Positions 39,058 to 48,877 of a stretch of DNA of 64,000 nucleotides are shown here, one piece after another (within the stretch, counting starts at the first letter, position 1; each line of letters opens with the position of its first letter). The stretch is from Alistipes sp. GTDB lineage: Bacteria; Bacteroidota; Bacteroidia; Bacteroidales; Rikenellaceae. The stretch is from contig JAFVSV010000067.1 of the NCBI GenBank assembly GCA_017503575.1, forward strand, positions 355-64,354, written 5' to 3'. The position numbers were made by a program, and so were the translations under genes. The notes under the pieces were generated by a model that saw only the letters and a program-made list of their open reading frames with translations, searched no databases and was not told the origin of the DNA.

Positions 39058-41355
39058 ATGAGAAAACTTTACTCGATGATGGCTGCGTTGATGGTAGCCG
39101 CAATCACTATCGTGGCGTGCGAGAAGACTCCAGAGGAGGAGCCAAAGCCCGTACCTCCAACGCCCACCGAGCTAACCTTTGAGATTTCGGTAGCTGACGC
39201 AACACGCACATCGGCATTTATCAACGTGACACCCTCGGACCTCGAGGCTGACTACTTCACTGTAATTTACAACGCATACAGCGTGGAGCAGTGTGCAACA
39301 GATGCCGAGCTCGTAGCAAAGATATACGCCGAGATTAGCGCATACGCCGAGACGCAGAGCCAGACATTCGCAGAGTATATGGCCGAGCATGTTAAGCGTG
39401 GTAAGTTGGAGAACCACGAGGTGGGCGGCCTTACGCAGGCAACAAACTATTACTTGCTTGTCTTTGGCGTGGATAGCACAAACGACTATGCTGCATCGAC
39501 TGCCGTCAAGATGGCAAAGTTCAAGACAGCAGAGCCCCAGCAGTCGGCATGTACATTCGAGCTTAAGGCGAGCGTACACCTCACAAGTGCTGCTATCAGC
39601 GTAACGCCTTCGGACAATAACCAGATGTGGCACCTTATCAACATGCCTGTTGACGACTACAACACCTATACCGCCGCTGATGGCGAGTATGCGTGGACTA
39701 ACGAGGAGCTCTTCCAGAACACCCTTAACACCGAGATTGAGACTCTCGAGGGCGAGGGTCTATCTGCCGATGAGATTGGCACAAAGCTCTTCCACAAGGG
39801 CATGCGTACACTAAATGCCGCAAACCTCCAGCCTAAGACACAGTACACTACGTTTGTTGCAGGCGTTAGTTACGAGGATGGCAAGGCATATATGACAACC
39901 ACACCCAAGGAGCTTCGTTTCCGCTCGGGTGAGGCTGCTAACAGCACCCTCGCGTTCGATATCGACGTGACAAATGTTGAGCACTACTCAGCCGAGATTC
40001 GCATCACTCCATCGGACCTCGATGCCGAGTACTACTACTATATTGGATACATCGACTCGAAGAAGAAGTCGATGAAGCCTCAAGAGATTGCCGAGGCAGC
40101 TGTGACAGAGTATATCTACTACTGGGAGAACTACACCGAGCTTAAGCGTCGCGAGCCATCGAAGGGCGTTGTTGACCTTACGGGTGACAACAAGGTTGAG
40201 CTTAACATCGCCGAGACAGAGTACTACGTCGTAGCATTCTCATTCGAGGCTAACCCCACCTACGGCACGCTTATCAACGAGGAGACTGGCGAGTATGACC
40301 AGAACCCAGGTACTATCACCTCAGCACCAGTATATGTATCGTTCATGACATCGGAGCAGGGTGACCCTATGACCGCAGAGTTTACATTCAGTGCTTCGGA
40401 CATTGGCACATACGACTTCTATCTCGAGATTGATGCCGAGGATCCTACAATCTACTACCAGCCAGGTGTTGCATACGCCGAGGGTTTCAGCCCACAGGCT
40501 GCTATCGACGCATCAAGCGCGATGCTTGCACAGGTGATGCAGATGTGTATGGAGGGTCAGAGCCCATCGCTCACCATCCAGGAGGCTTTGGAGGAGAGAT
40601 GTAGCCACCTATACCGCAATGGTGATGGCCGCTTCTACATCGCTAACCTCGAGCCCGAGCGCGAATATATAGGCTACGTCTTGGCTATCGACACCAAGAC
40701 AGGTAAGTTCGCTCGCTGCGTATATAGCGAGGTTATCGCAAAGACCACAGCCATGGGTACAGTAACCCCTGGCGTTGAGCTTCTTGGCGTATACAATGGC
40801 GATGAGGAGAATGGCACTATCTTCGGTGATGCCGACCTAACACAGGGTCATCCTATCGTAGCTGTTAAGCTCACAGGCGTGGAGAGTGCTTCAGCGGCCT
40901 TTGCTGCCCTTACAACTGACAAATATGATGAGGTTGTGACGCTCCCGGATCGCTATATTATCGCTAATATGCGTGGCTACTGGCAGGAGGTAAACCTCAC
41001 CGTTCCTTACAAATTCTTCGTGGCTGACTGGGATGTAGACCAGACCGTTGTTGCATACGCCCAGGATGCTAATGGTGCAGAGGCTGGCGTTGGTGCCTTG
41101 GCTATTAAGCCCGTAAGTGCTGGCGACATCAACGAGCTTAAGGGTTATGTTGATACTGTTAACAACGCCACACCTAAGGCTATGCCACACTCGTTGGTTA
41201 TCGACAACGTAGCAGAGCCCACGATTGATTGCATCTGGAGTGAGGAGGTTGGTGCTCCTCGCGCAGGCTTCGTTAAGTACCACGAGGTGGAGCCTTTGCA
41301 GGGTGTTGAGAGCGAGGTTATGAGCCTTAGCGTCGTTAAGTCATTCGCTCTTTAA
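39058..41355 (+). CDS. Multidomain surface lipoprotein with repeated FN3/Ig-like modules
   Basis: Lipobox IVAC; four F.I.V...SA.I.(V/I)TPSD-type modules. Confidence 0.75.
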   Translation: MRKLYSMMAALMVAAITIVACEKTPEEEPKPVPPTPTELTFEISVADATRTSAFINVTPSDLEADYFTVIYNAYSVEQCATDAELVAKIYAEISAYAETQSQTFAEYMAEHVKRGKLENHEVGGLTQATNYYLLVFGVDSTNDYAASTAVKMAKFKTAEPQQSACTFELKASVHLTSAAISVTPSDNNQMWHLINMPVDDYNTYTAADGEYAWTNEELFQNTLNTEIETLEGEGLSADEIGTKLFHKGMRTLNAANLQPKTQYTTFVAGVSYEDGKAYMTTTPKELRFRSGEAANSTLAFDIDVTNVEHYSAEIRITPSDLDAEYYYYIGYIDSKKKSMKPQEIAEAAVTEYIYYWENYTELKRREPSKGVVDLTGDNKVELNIAETEYYVVAFSFEANPTYGTLINEETGEYDQNPGTITSAPVYVSFMTSEQGDPMTAEFTFSASDIGTYDFYLEIDAEDPTIYYQPGVAYAEGFSPQAAIDASSAMLAQVMQMCMEGQSPSLTIQEALEERCSHLYRNGDGRFYIANLEPEREYIGYVLAIDTKTGKFARCVYSEVIAKTTAMGTVTPGVELLGVYNGDEENGTIFGDADLTQGHPIVAVKLTGVESASAAFAALTTDKYDEVVTLPDRYIIANMRGYWQEVNLTVPYKFFVADWDVDQTVVAYAQDANGAEAGVGALAIKPVSAGDINELKGYVDTVNNATPKAMPHSLVIDNVAEPTIDCIWSEEVGAPRAGFVKYHEVEPLQGVESEVMSLSVVKSFAL

Positions 41356-41373
41356 TAGAGTCAAATAATAGTC

Positions 41374-41409
41374 TACGGAGCTGCGCAATGATGTGTGGCT
41401 CCGTATTTT
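41374..41409 (+). terminator. Hairpin plus T-run between paralogous lipoproteins
   Basis: TACGGAGC...GCTCCGTA-TTTT. Confidence 0.5.
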
Positions 41410-41424
41410 ATACAAATATTATAT

Positions 41425-43464
41425 ATGAGACAGGCGAGTTTTATACTATCGTTTATTTTACTGACATTGGCAGCATGTAAGCCAGAGGTTGACACCCCAC
41501 TGCCCACGCCCGAGAAGCCCGACTTCGAGGTGACCATCAACGGCACAACACGCGGCTCGGTGACCTTTAGCGTTGAGCCCAAGGATGTGGATGCTGCGTA
41601 TCTATGTACGGTGTGCTCAAAGGCTGAGTACGAAGAGTTTACGCGCGAGGAGTTCCTCGTTGAGACCATCTTTCAGGAGTTGCGTGACGAGGCCTCAAAC
41701 GCAGGTAAGACCTTCGAAGAGTATATGCCCGAGGTTGTCGACCGTGGCGCTATTAGCGAGGCGCGTTTCTCGGGTCTTGCGCCTCATACCGACTACTATA
41801 TCGTTGTCTTTGGCGTCGATGAGGCTGATGGCTACAAGCAGTCTACCTCGGTGACAAAGGCGGCGTTCAAGACATCGGACGTCACAGGGTTAGTGTGTGA
41901 TTTTAAGGTCAGCACATCGGTTGAGGACAACTCTGTTGTCATGTCCGTCGTACCCTCGGATAAGGAGATTAAGTGGTATCTATGCACCATGACCAAGGCG
42001 CAGTACGACTACTATGTTACGGCCGAGGATGGCTACAAGATGTCTCAGAGCAGCTTCTACGAGTACTACTTCCAGCAGGATATAAATGCCCTCTTGCAGC
42101 AGGGCTATACCGAGCAGCAAGTCATTGACACGCTGATACATCAGGGTGACCTACAACTCGAGGCAAAGGGTCTTCAGGAGTATACCGACTACTATATCCT
42201 TATCGCCGGCCTTATCCTTGACGAGGAGGGTATTGTCATCTGCACCGATGTGCAGCGCGAGGGATATACTACCGAGGGTGCTGCGCAGTCGGAGATGACC
42301 TTCGAGATTGAGGTGTGGGCCATTGGCCAGATGGAGGCATCGTTTAGCATCACCCCCTCTAACGATAAGGATAAGTACTGCGCCCTTGTAGCACCATGGG
42401 ATGGTGTGTCTACGGCCGAGGAGCAGATGCACAAGCTCGTTGAGCAGTGGGGTGGCTGGATGGATTTGATGTCTAACGACCGCGGTAAGGTTGAGCACTC
42501 GGGTACCAACGCCTTTAAGCTCCCCGCAGCCGATACCGACTACTATATCATCGCCTTTGGCTACGATGGTGGTATTACGACCGAGGCGTGTATGAAGACA
42601 TTTAGAACGTTGCCTGGCGGCAGCCTCGAGGAGGTGGAGTTCTCGATCTCGGCAACCAATATCTCGCCCTACGGCTTTACGATGAATATCTCATCTTCAG
42701 ACCCCACAATATACTATGTGCCAGGCGCTTGTGTGGCGGGAGAGTATGACGAGGCGGAGTTCGTTGCTATCGAGGAGGAGGTCTTCGACTACTACTATAC
42801 GGGGTCGAAGGATTTTAACCCGAGCATCACCATCTGCGAGGTGCTCGACCAGTACTACTACAATGGCAACTGTGCGGTGCAGGTGAGTGGCCTGCAGCCC
42901 GATACCGAGATTATGGCCTATATCTTCGCCCTCGATGTACATACGGGCAAGGTTGTCAAGACTTACACCTTTGATAACGTGGCACGCACCGATACGCTTG
43001 GTGAGGCAAACCCAACAATAGAGCTCGTTGGCTACTTCTCGGGTGACGAGGAGGCGGGTGCGGTATTTGGCGATGCAGCAGCCACCAAGGGACGGGCCAT
43101 TACCGTGGTGAAGTACAACGACTTGGATAATGTGCGCACGCTCTTTACAACGATGATCGAAGGCGATTGTAGCAACTCTATGACATACCCCGACAGTGAA
43201 CTGTGGAGCATTGCCGAGGGGTATTGGAAGACGTGTAAAACATCGTCGCCATATACCTTCTACCTTGCCGACTGGAATGTAGAGCAGACGGCACTCGCCT
43301 ATGCTGCCGACAACAATGGCAAGGCGGGCGCGATTGCTCGTCTATACACCATGCCTACGGCCGAGAACAAGGGCGACATCGAGGTGTTGAAGACGTTGGT
43401 CGAGGAGCTAAATAGCACTACGCGTTCGGTGCTGGAGCCCTCGTCGCTATGTATCGAGCAGTAG
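41425..43464 (+). CDS. Paralogous multidomain surface lipoprotein
   Basis: Lipobox LAAC; same modules; C-domain IELVGYFSGDEEAGAVFGDA resembles VELLGVYNGDEENGTIFGDA of the upstream gene. Confidence 0.75.
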   Translation: MRQASFILSFILLTLAACKPEVDTPLPTPEKPDFEVTINGTTRGSVTFSVEPKDVDAAYLCTVCSKAEYEEFTREEFLVETIFQELRDEASNAGKTFEEYMPEVVDRGAISEARFSGLAPHTDYYIVVFGVDEADGYKQSTSVTKAAFKTSDVTGLVCDFKVSTSVEDNSVVMSVVPSDKEIKWYLCTMTKAQYDYYVTAEDGYKMSQSSFYEYYFQQDINALLQQGYTEQQVIDTLIHQGDLQLEAKGLQEYTDYYILIAGLILDEEGIVICTDVQREGYTTEGAAQSEMTFEIEVWAIGQMEASFSITPSNDKDKYCALVAPWDGVSTAEEQMHKLVEQWGGWMDLMSNDRGKVEHSGTNAFKLPAADTDYYIIAFGYDGGITTEACMKTFRTLPGGSLEEVEFSISATNISPYGFTMNISSSDPTIYYVPGACVAGEYDEAEFVAIEEEVFDYYYTGSKDFNPSITICEVLDQYYYNGNCAVQVSGLQPDTEIMAYIFALDVHTGKVVKTYTFDNVARTDTLGEANPTIELVGYFSGDEEAGAVFGDAAATKGRAITVVKYNDLDNVRTLFTTMIEGDCSNSMTYPDSELWSIAEGYWKTCKTSSPYTFYLADWNVEQTALAYAADNNGKAGAIARLYTMPTAENKGDIEVLKTLVEELNSTTRSVLEPSSLCIEQ

Positions 43465-43502
43465 CGTTACCCATGCAGGGTCTCGATTAGTGGACTGAAC
43501 AT

Positions 43503-43541
43503 AGAGAGGTTGGTGAGATTAACGAGCTCGCTAACCTCTCT
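43503..43541 (+). terminator. Stem-loop terminator
   Basis: AGAGAGGTTGGTGAG...CTCGCTAACCTCTCT. Confidence 0.6.
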
Positions 43542-43712
43542 AATATTTTACCCCCGTAATTCGCCAAATTTTCACCCATTTTTGGGGTAAAAAAGCAGGT
43601 GCTGAAAAAATCGTTTTTCGCAAAATTGCAACAAGCTAAATATCAACAACATACAAAGAGTTAAACGGAAAAATTAGAGGCTCGATTTTTTGGCGGGTGC
43701 TACAACAATGTG

Positions 43713-43720
43713 TAACTTTG
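43713..43720 (+). promoter_or_regulatory. -7 promoter element with -33 TTTG
   Basis: TTTG (43689-43692)-N20-TAacTTTG. Confidence 0.65.
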
Positions 43721-43766
43721 CAGTAGAGACAACCACTAAAACAGTCATTTCTAATACATGTTCGAT

Positions 43767-45161
43767 ATGAAAAGAGTCTATCTATTTATCGTGCCGCTGC
43801 TTGCTCTTCTATGCGGCTGCGAAGGTGATGAGGGCCCAAGGAAGGGTGCCATTTGGGATATCCCATATCCACGCGCTAACTTTGTCATTCTTGATGCAGA
43901 GGGTAATAACATCTTTAAGTATGACCCTGAGGCCATTTACGACTTGGAGGTGGAGTACAAAGATAAGGTGTATAGATACGATGAAAATACAAGGGCGCTT
44001 CCTTGTGAGCCATTCGGGATTCGCTCTCACTTCGGCTATCCCTATATGTTCACCTTGGGAGACTTTGACCATGATGAGGAGGGAAGCTATATCGTACGCT
44101 TTAGAGACCAAGAGTGGCTCGTTGAGTATAAGTACGACCTACGCTGGAAGCACTATAAGCCTATCAAGGATAGTTATATTAAGATTGGCAGCAAGGAGGT
44201 AACAGCCATCACCGTGGATAAGTATGATACCTTTGACGATGGAACGTTAAGGGATATCTATGCGATACCTCTTCATTATGCGCCCGAGGTGAAGGAGTGG
44301 GATATTCCCTATCCAACAGCATCTTACGCTATCCTCGATGGCGAGAGCAACAACATCTTTCAGAGCAATTCAGAGTCGATGAACGACGTCGTGATTACCT
44401 ATAGTGGCGAGACATATAGGTACGAGGGCGAAACACGAGCACTTCTACAGGAGTCGTTGGCACTAACTACCGATTACGTCTACCCCTATCGTCTGAACTT
44501 TGGCGACTTCGACCATAACGACAAGGGCAGCTATACCATCGAGTATAATGACCAGGAGTGGTTTGTAGAGTTTGAGTATAAGCTGCGCTGGGAGGGTGGT
44601 ATGCCAGTTATCAAGGAGAGAGTAGCTATTAATGGCGAGGTTTTAGAGCCCATAATGATAGATAGTGCGGAAATTGATGGTAGAACGGTTGATATATACG
44701 CGCTACCTCTCTACAAGGCTGATGCAGAGTGGGATATTGCCTATCCGACAGCAACCTACGCCGTCCTCGACAGTGAGGGTAACAACATCTTTAGGAGCAA
44801 TTCAGAGTCGATGAAAGAGTTCGAGATTAGCTATAATGGCGAGACATATAGGTACGAGGGCGAAACACGCGCACTTCTACAGGAGCAGTTAGCACTAACT
44901 ACCGATCATATCTATCCCTACCGTCTGAACTTTGGCGACTTCGACCATAATGATAAGGGTAGCTACGTTATCAAGTTTGGGGAGAAGACGTGGGTAGTGG
45001 AGTTTGAGTATACGCTCGAGTGGGTCGATGACGAGCCCGTATTGGGCAGTAGCCTAAAGGTTGATGGCGAGGAGGCCGAGATGCAGATGATTGAGGAGCA
45101 GTGGAAAATTGATGACTATAACTCTATAACGGTGTACGCCATTCCGCTACATCTTGAGTAA
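43767..45161 (+). CDS. Hypothetical lipoprotein with three ~145-aa tandem domains
   Basis: Lipobox LCGC; repeats begin WDI(P/A)YP at 43854, 44298 and 44730. Confidence 0.8.
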   Translation: MKRVYLFIVPLLALLCGCEGDEGPRKGAIWDIPYPRANFVILDAEGNNIFKYDPEAIYDLEVEYKDKVYRYDENTRALPCEPFGIRSHFGYPYMFTLGDFDHDEEGSYIVRFRDQEWLVEYKYDLRWKHYKPIKDSYIKIGSKEVTAITVDKYDTFDDGTLRDIYAIPLHYAPEVKEWDIPYPTASYAILDGESNNIFQSNSESMNDVVITYSGETYRYEGETRALLQESLALTTDYVYPYRLNFGDFDHNDKGSYTIEYNDQEWFVEFEYKLRWEGGMPVIKERVAINGEVLEPIMIDSAEIDGRTVDIYALPLYKADAEWDIAYPTATYAVLDSEGNNIFRSNSESMKEFEISYNGETYRYEGETRALLQEQLALTTDHIYPYRLNFGDFDHNDKGSYVIKFGEKTWVVEFEYTLEWVDDEPVLGSSLKVDGEEAEMQMIEEQWKIDDYNSITVYAIPLHLE

Positions 45162-45181
45162 TAGGTGGTTGCGCTCATAAC

Positions 45182-45217
45182 AATGGGCTGTCTGACGAAC
45201 TTGTCGGACAGCCCATT
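45182..45217. terminator. Bidirectional terminator
   Basis: AATGGGCTGTCTGAC...GTCGGACAGCCCATT between convergent genes. Confidence 0.7.
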
Positions 45218-45238
45218 ATCTCTCTACCGAGTCGAGAT

Positions 45239-45541
45239 TTAGGCGTTACCCTTGCCGCCAAAAGGCTCGATTACGGGCTGCTTAGCGTGGATATCTATCT
45301 TGCCGTTGCTGCTCTCGTAGCGGCTAACATTCTCCTGAAGCTGCAACAATAGACGCTTGGCATGCTCGGGGGTGAGCACCACGCGGCTTCTCACGCGTGC
45401 CTTGGGTAGACCTGGCAACATCGTTGCAAAGTCGAGGATAAACTCCGAGGTAGAGTGTGATATAATGGCAATGTTGCAGTAGTTGCCCTGTGCAACCTGC
45501 TCGTCGAGATGTATCTCAATCTGCTTCTTAACTTCGTTCAT
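45239..45541 (-). CDS. DUF3467 family protein
   Basis: GNYCNIAIISHSTSEFILDF...SRVVLTPEHAKRL. Confidence 0.88.
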   Translation of the reverse strand: MNEVKKQIEIHLDEQVAQGNYCNIAIISHSTSEFILDFATMLPGLPKARVRSRVVLTPEHAKRLLLQLQENVSRYESSNGKIDIHAKQPVIEPFGGKGNA

Positions 45542-45651
45542 AGTGCTGTTGTATTAGTGTTTGAAATTCTGCGTAAATATACGAAGTTTCTTGTGAGCTA
45601 CAAAATTATTGCCACCAAAAAGCCCCGAACCTCGACAAAAGGAGCTATGCG

Positions 45652-47085
45652 CTAATAGACTGCGACTCGGGCGATGGTTAGTGGGCCGCGCGAGTCGAGG
45701 AAGCGTATGCGTAGCTCGCTCGTCGTAACAGCATCATCAAGCGGCAGTATGCGCTTATAGCCTACGGTAGTACCTGCAGCCACCTGGCGCCACTCATCGC
45801 CATCACGCGTCTCGACAGCAAACCGCCTAACACGCTGGCCAAGAGCGATATGCTCCTGTATGACCACATACCTCATCGTTATGGGGGCATCCCATCGTAT
45901 ATATACATCGCCCGTTGTCACATCGTCTGCCGTAGCCCAGTATGCTTCATCTACGCCCTGCATAGCCACCGCCTCGTAGCCGTCGCCACGCGATGATGAC
46001 ACGGCAAATGTAGCATCAGCCGACAAGTCATTGCGGAAGGTGTCATCAACCATCGTGCGCCACGCCATAAGCGCCTCGACATCCTGCTCGGGGATGCGTC
46101 CACGGCGGTCGGGAGCGAGGCTCAGAAGGAGTGTGCCACCGCGACCCACAGACGTGAGGTATATGTCGAAGAGCTCCTCGGCGCTCTTGGGTTGCTCACT
46201 CGCATGGTAGAACCACCCTGGGCGAATTGAGACATCGGCCTCGGCAGGTGCCCAGCGCGTGCCATCCTCCTGGCCGTGGCGTAGTAGCGGCATGTTGTCA
46301 ACACCATCGCGGTATAGCTCCTCGGGCGTTGCCATAGCCCAGCAGTGCTCGTCAATTACGCCGCGCTCGTTGCTACACCAGCGTGCATCAGGCAGCGATG
46401 AGCTCCACACAACACATTCGGGCGACAGCTCGCGGATGATATCTATGACCTTGGGCCAGTCGTAATAGAGGTAACCCGACGCCACCCTACGCACCTCGTT
46501 GGCACCTCCATAGTAGCCATCACCGCCATTAGCACCATCAAACCACATCTCGAAAACGGGACCATAGTTGGTAAGCAGCTCGCGCACCTGATTACGGTAG
46601 TACTCCAAGTATGCCTCCGTGCCGTAGTCGGAGTGGTTACGGTCCCATGGCGAGAGGTATATGCCGAACTTGATGCCATGACGACGACACGCCGCAGCAA
46701 CCTCGCCAACGATATCACCCTGCCCGCCTTTATATGGCGAGTTCTTGACCGAGTGCTCGGTATACTCGCTTGGCCATAGGCAGAAGCCATCGTGATGCTT
46801 TGCTGTGAGTATCAGGCCTTTGAGGTTGGCATCCTTAACAACCTTTACCAACGCATCGGCATCGAAGTCCGTAGGGTTGAAGAGCTCGGGCGACTCGTCG
46901 CCATAGCCCCACTCCCTATCTGTAAAGGTGTTTATGGTGAAGTGTACAAAGGCGTACTGCTCCATCTTGTGCCACTCTATCTGTCGTGGCTGTGGCACAA
47001 CGCTCATTGGCGCGGGTGGGTTGTCCTGCCCCATAGCCGAGACGACAAACGCAAACGCAAGGAGGTAACTAATAATATGCTTCAT
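45652..47085 (-). CDS. Alpha-L-fucosidase (GH29) with C-terminal F5/8-like domain
   Basis: AKHHDGFCLWPS, YLSPWDRN, WFDGA and DVSIRPGWFYH. Confidence 0.93.
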   Translation of the reverse strand: MKHIISYLLAFAFVVSAMGQDNPPAPMSVVPQPRQIEWHKMEQYAFVHFTINTFTDREWGYGDESPELFNPTDFDADALVKVVKDANLKGLILTAKHHDGFCLWPSEYTEHSVKNSPYKGGQGDIVGEVAAACRRHGIKFGIYLSPWDRNHSDYGTEAYLEYYRNQVRELLTNYGPVFEMWFDGANGGDGYYGGANEVRRVASGYLYYDWPKVIDIIRELSPECVVWSSSLPDARWCSNERGVIDEHCWAMATPEELYRDGVDNMPLLRHGQEDGTRWAPAEADVSIRPGWFYHASEQPKSAEELFDIYLTSVGRGGTLLLSLAPDRRGRIPEQDVEALMAWRTMVDDTFRNDLSADATFAVSSSRGDGYEAVAMQGVDEAYWATADDVTTGDVYIRWDAPITMRYVVIQEHIALGQRVRRFAVETRDGDEWRQVAAGTTVGYKRILPLDDAVTTSELRIRFLDSRGPLTIARVAVY

Positions 47086-47097
47086 TCTGCTCTTTAT

Positions 47098-47412
47098 TTA
47101 TCTTTTATTCGACTTTCGAGTAAGGTCGGCCATTGTCGCCTTAACAACCTCGGACAAGTAATCACAATCATCGACATCGGTAATTAGGAAATACTCCTTT
47201 GCCCCGTCGTACGGTGGGCGTAGGATAACCTCACGCAGCATTGCTCGCACCGCCTCTGTCTGCTTGATATAGAGAGAGTTATCGCATATCAAGCCGAAGA
47301 CCATGCCATCACAATAGATGCAGTAGTCGCCCATCATCTTGCGCACGGTAATCACCCCAGCACCGGCACACTGGTCTACGATATATTGTACGAAATCAGT
47401 GTTACTCGACAT
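47098..47412 (-). CDS. TfoX/Sxy N-terminal domain protein
   Basis: RKMMGDYCIYCDGMVFGLICDNSLYIK and PPYDGAK. Confidence 0.85.
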   Translation of the reverse strand: MSSNTDFVQYIVDQCAGAGVITVRKMMGDYCIYCDGMVFGLICDNSLYIKQTEAVRAMLREVILRPPYDGAKEYFLITDVDDCDYLSEVVKATMADLTRKSNKR

Positions 47413-47432
47413 ACCTCATCTCCATTTTATCC

Positions 47433-47488
47433 CAAAGTTACACATAATCTCGAAAACAAAAAAGAGAAAAAGCCGAAACTTTTTCTCT
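47433..47488 (-). repeat. Terminator+promoter junction repeat, copy 1
   Basis: AGAGAAAAAG/CTTTTTCTCT hairpin and TAacTTTG on the minus strand; homologous to 48688-48741. Confidence 0.65.
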
Positions 47489-47509
47489 TTCATACTCTTA
47501 ACTGCCTCC

Positions 47510-48145
47510 CTACTGCTCTGCCATTCGGCGGCCAGCATCGTAGGCTCTTTGCAAATCCTCCTCCCAATGAGCATCGCGCCAAGCATGCTTCGCCTCCTCG
47601 GAGAAGCTGCCAAGTTCGTAGTTGTCATATCTCGCCACCTGACATGTGTTATAGCCGATGATGCGTTCAGGCTCTCCGAGTGCCGTTGTGAGACACCACT
47701 CCATCGTGCCGAAATGGTTGCTGTTGTTGCGTTCGGGCGTGCCGTTCATAGTCTCGACAAGAAGCACAGGCATACGCTTTGGTGCGGTCAGGCTGTAATC
47801 GTTATACGAGAGCCACGGGAACGTCAGACGCTCCAAGAAGGCGCGCATCATGCCCGTAACCTCACCGAAATATATGGGTGAGCCTAATACTAAACCATCC
47901 GCCTCGGCAATATCGTCCAAGAGGGGTGAGAGTGCATCACGAAAGCGACAGACGTTCGATGCTTTGCCTTTGAGTTTACAAGCCATACACGACATACAAC
48001 CCTTATAATCAAGGTCGTATAGTCGCACGCTCTTCACCTCAACATCCTCGCCTACGGACTTCGCGCCCTCGGCCACACGCTGCAACAGCTGCGCCGTATT
48101 CATACTCTTTCGTGGACCACCATCCACAATCACAATCTTCTTCAT
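47510..48145 (-). CDS. Flavodoxin-like iron-sulfur flavoprotein / NAD(P)H-dependent FMN reductase
   Basis: DGGPRKSMNT, GCMSCMAC and GSPIYFG. Confidence 0.88.
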   Translation of the reverse strand: MKKIVIVDGGPRKSMNTAQLLQRVAEGAKSVGEDVEVKSVRLYDLDYKGCMSCMACKLKGKASNVCRFRDALSPLLDDIAEADGLVLGSPIYFGEVTGMMRAFLERLTFPWLSYNDYSLTAPKRMPVLLVETMNGTPERNNSNHFGTMEWCLTTALGEPERIIGYNTCQVARYDNYELGSFSEEAKHAWRDAHWEEDLQRAYDAGRRMAEQ

Positions 48146-48211
48146 ATAGCTCTGTATTTACTTCAAATTGTTCAAGATGTATGCCACTATTATTCCTCAA
48201 GTAGTTTGTGC

Positions 48212-48514
48212 TTATTCAACTACTTCAACATAAAAACTGACTGGTCGAAAGCCATCATTGCACGAGAGCATAGCCGAATGAGGGTTCTGCATCCACCCAT
48301 CAAAGAAATTACCCCCGCCCATAGCCAATTCGCGCACAAATGGCAACAGGGTCTGCCAAGCACTATCACACATACCCTCAGGCTTCACACAATTCTCCAC
48401 GATAAAGGTCTGCCCAAGACTCATATCGCAGGTATGTTCAATGGGGTTTTCGTATTTCGCCATAAGGTCTGCATACTGCGTAATACGCATCACAGTAATT
48501 TTTATCTTATTCAT
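48212..48514 (-). CDS. TIGR04076-family protein
   Basis: KPEGMCDSAW...SCNDGFRPVSF. Confidence 0.8.
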   Translation of the reverse strand: MNKIKITVMRITQYADLMAKYENPIEHTCDMSLGQTFIVENCVKPEGMCDSAWQTLLPFVRELAMGGGNFFDGWMQNPHSAMLSCNDGFRPVSFYVEVVE

Positions 48515-48669
48515 TTTATCTCGCCATTTATTCTGCGTTTAACAACCGAAAAAGCCTTTTGATAGAGTGCCGAGTCGGGCATCGTCTGAAGCATCTCCTC
48601 ATGGTGGCTCATAGGCGTAGCCTCACCAAACACCTTGCGAAACTTCCAGATAAATTGATGTGATGCCAT
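48511..48669 (-). CDS. 52-aa small ORF or gene remnant
   Basis: MASHQFIWKFRKVFGEATPMSHHEEMLQTMPDSALYQKAFSVVKRRINGEIK; ATGA overlap with the next gene; promoter about 19 nt upstream. Confidence 0.45.
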   Translation of the reverse strand: MASHQFIWKFRKVFGEATPMSHHEEMLQTMPDSALYQKAFSVVKRRINGEIK

Positions 48670-48687
48670 TGTGGTTCTATTTTACCT

Positions 48688-48741
48688 CAAAGGTACGCAT
48701 AATTCAAAAAAGAACAGAGAAAAAGCTGAAACTTTTTCTCT
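48688..48741 (-). repeat. Terminator+promoter junction repeat, copy 2
   Basis: Same hairpin as copy 1 plus TAccTTTG. Confidence 0.65.
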
Positions 48742-48798
48742 CCACTCGCAGTCCACACAGTTATAGCCCACTACGTTTACACCCGAAATCTGGTAATG
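48706..48798 (-). ncRNA. Candidate ~85-90-nt sRNA antisense to the divergent rod RNA
   Basis: TAtcTTTG at 48811-48804, no ORF, and an intrinsic terminator at 48741-48706. Complementary to 48986-49022. Confidence 0.5.
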
Positions 48799-48877
48799 TA
48801 TCGCAAAGATAAGAAATTCTCACATAAGAGTTTTCACAAATTCACGCTTTCTCAAAAAAATTCTATATCTTTGTAAT

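Noticed and set aside
38868-43580. Shared 12-mer ATTTTCACCCAT upstream of two lipoprotein operons
   Set aside because: The distances to the promoters differ, it is not palindromic, and it could be chance in AT-rich DNA.
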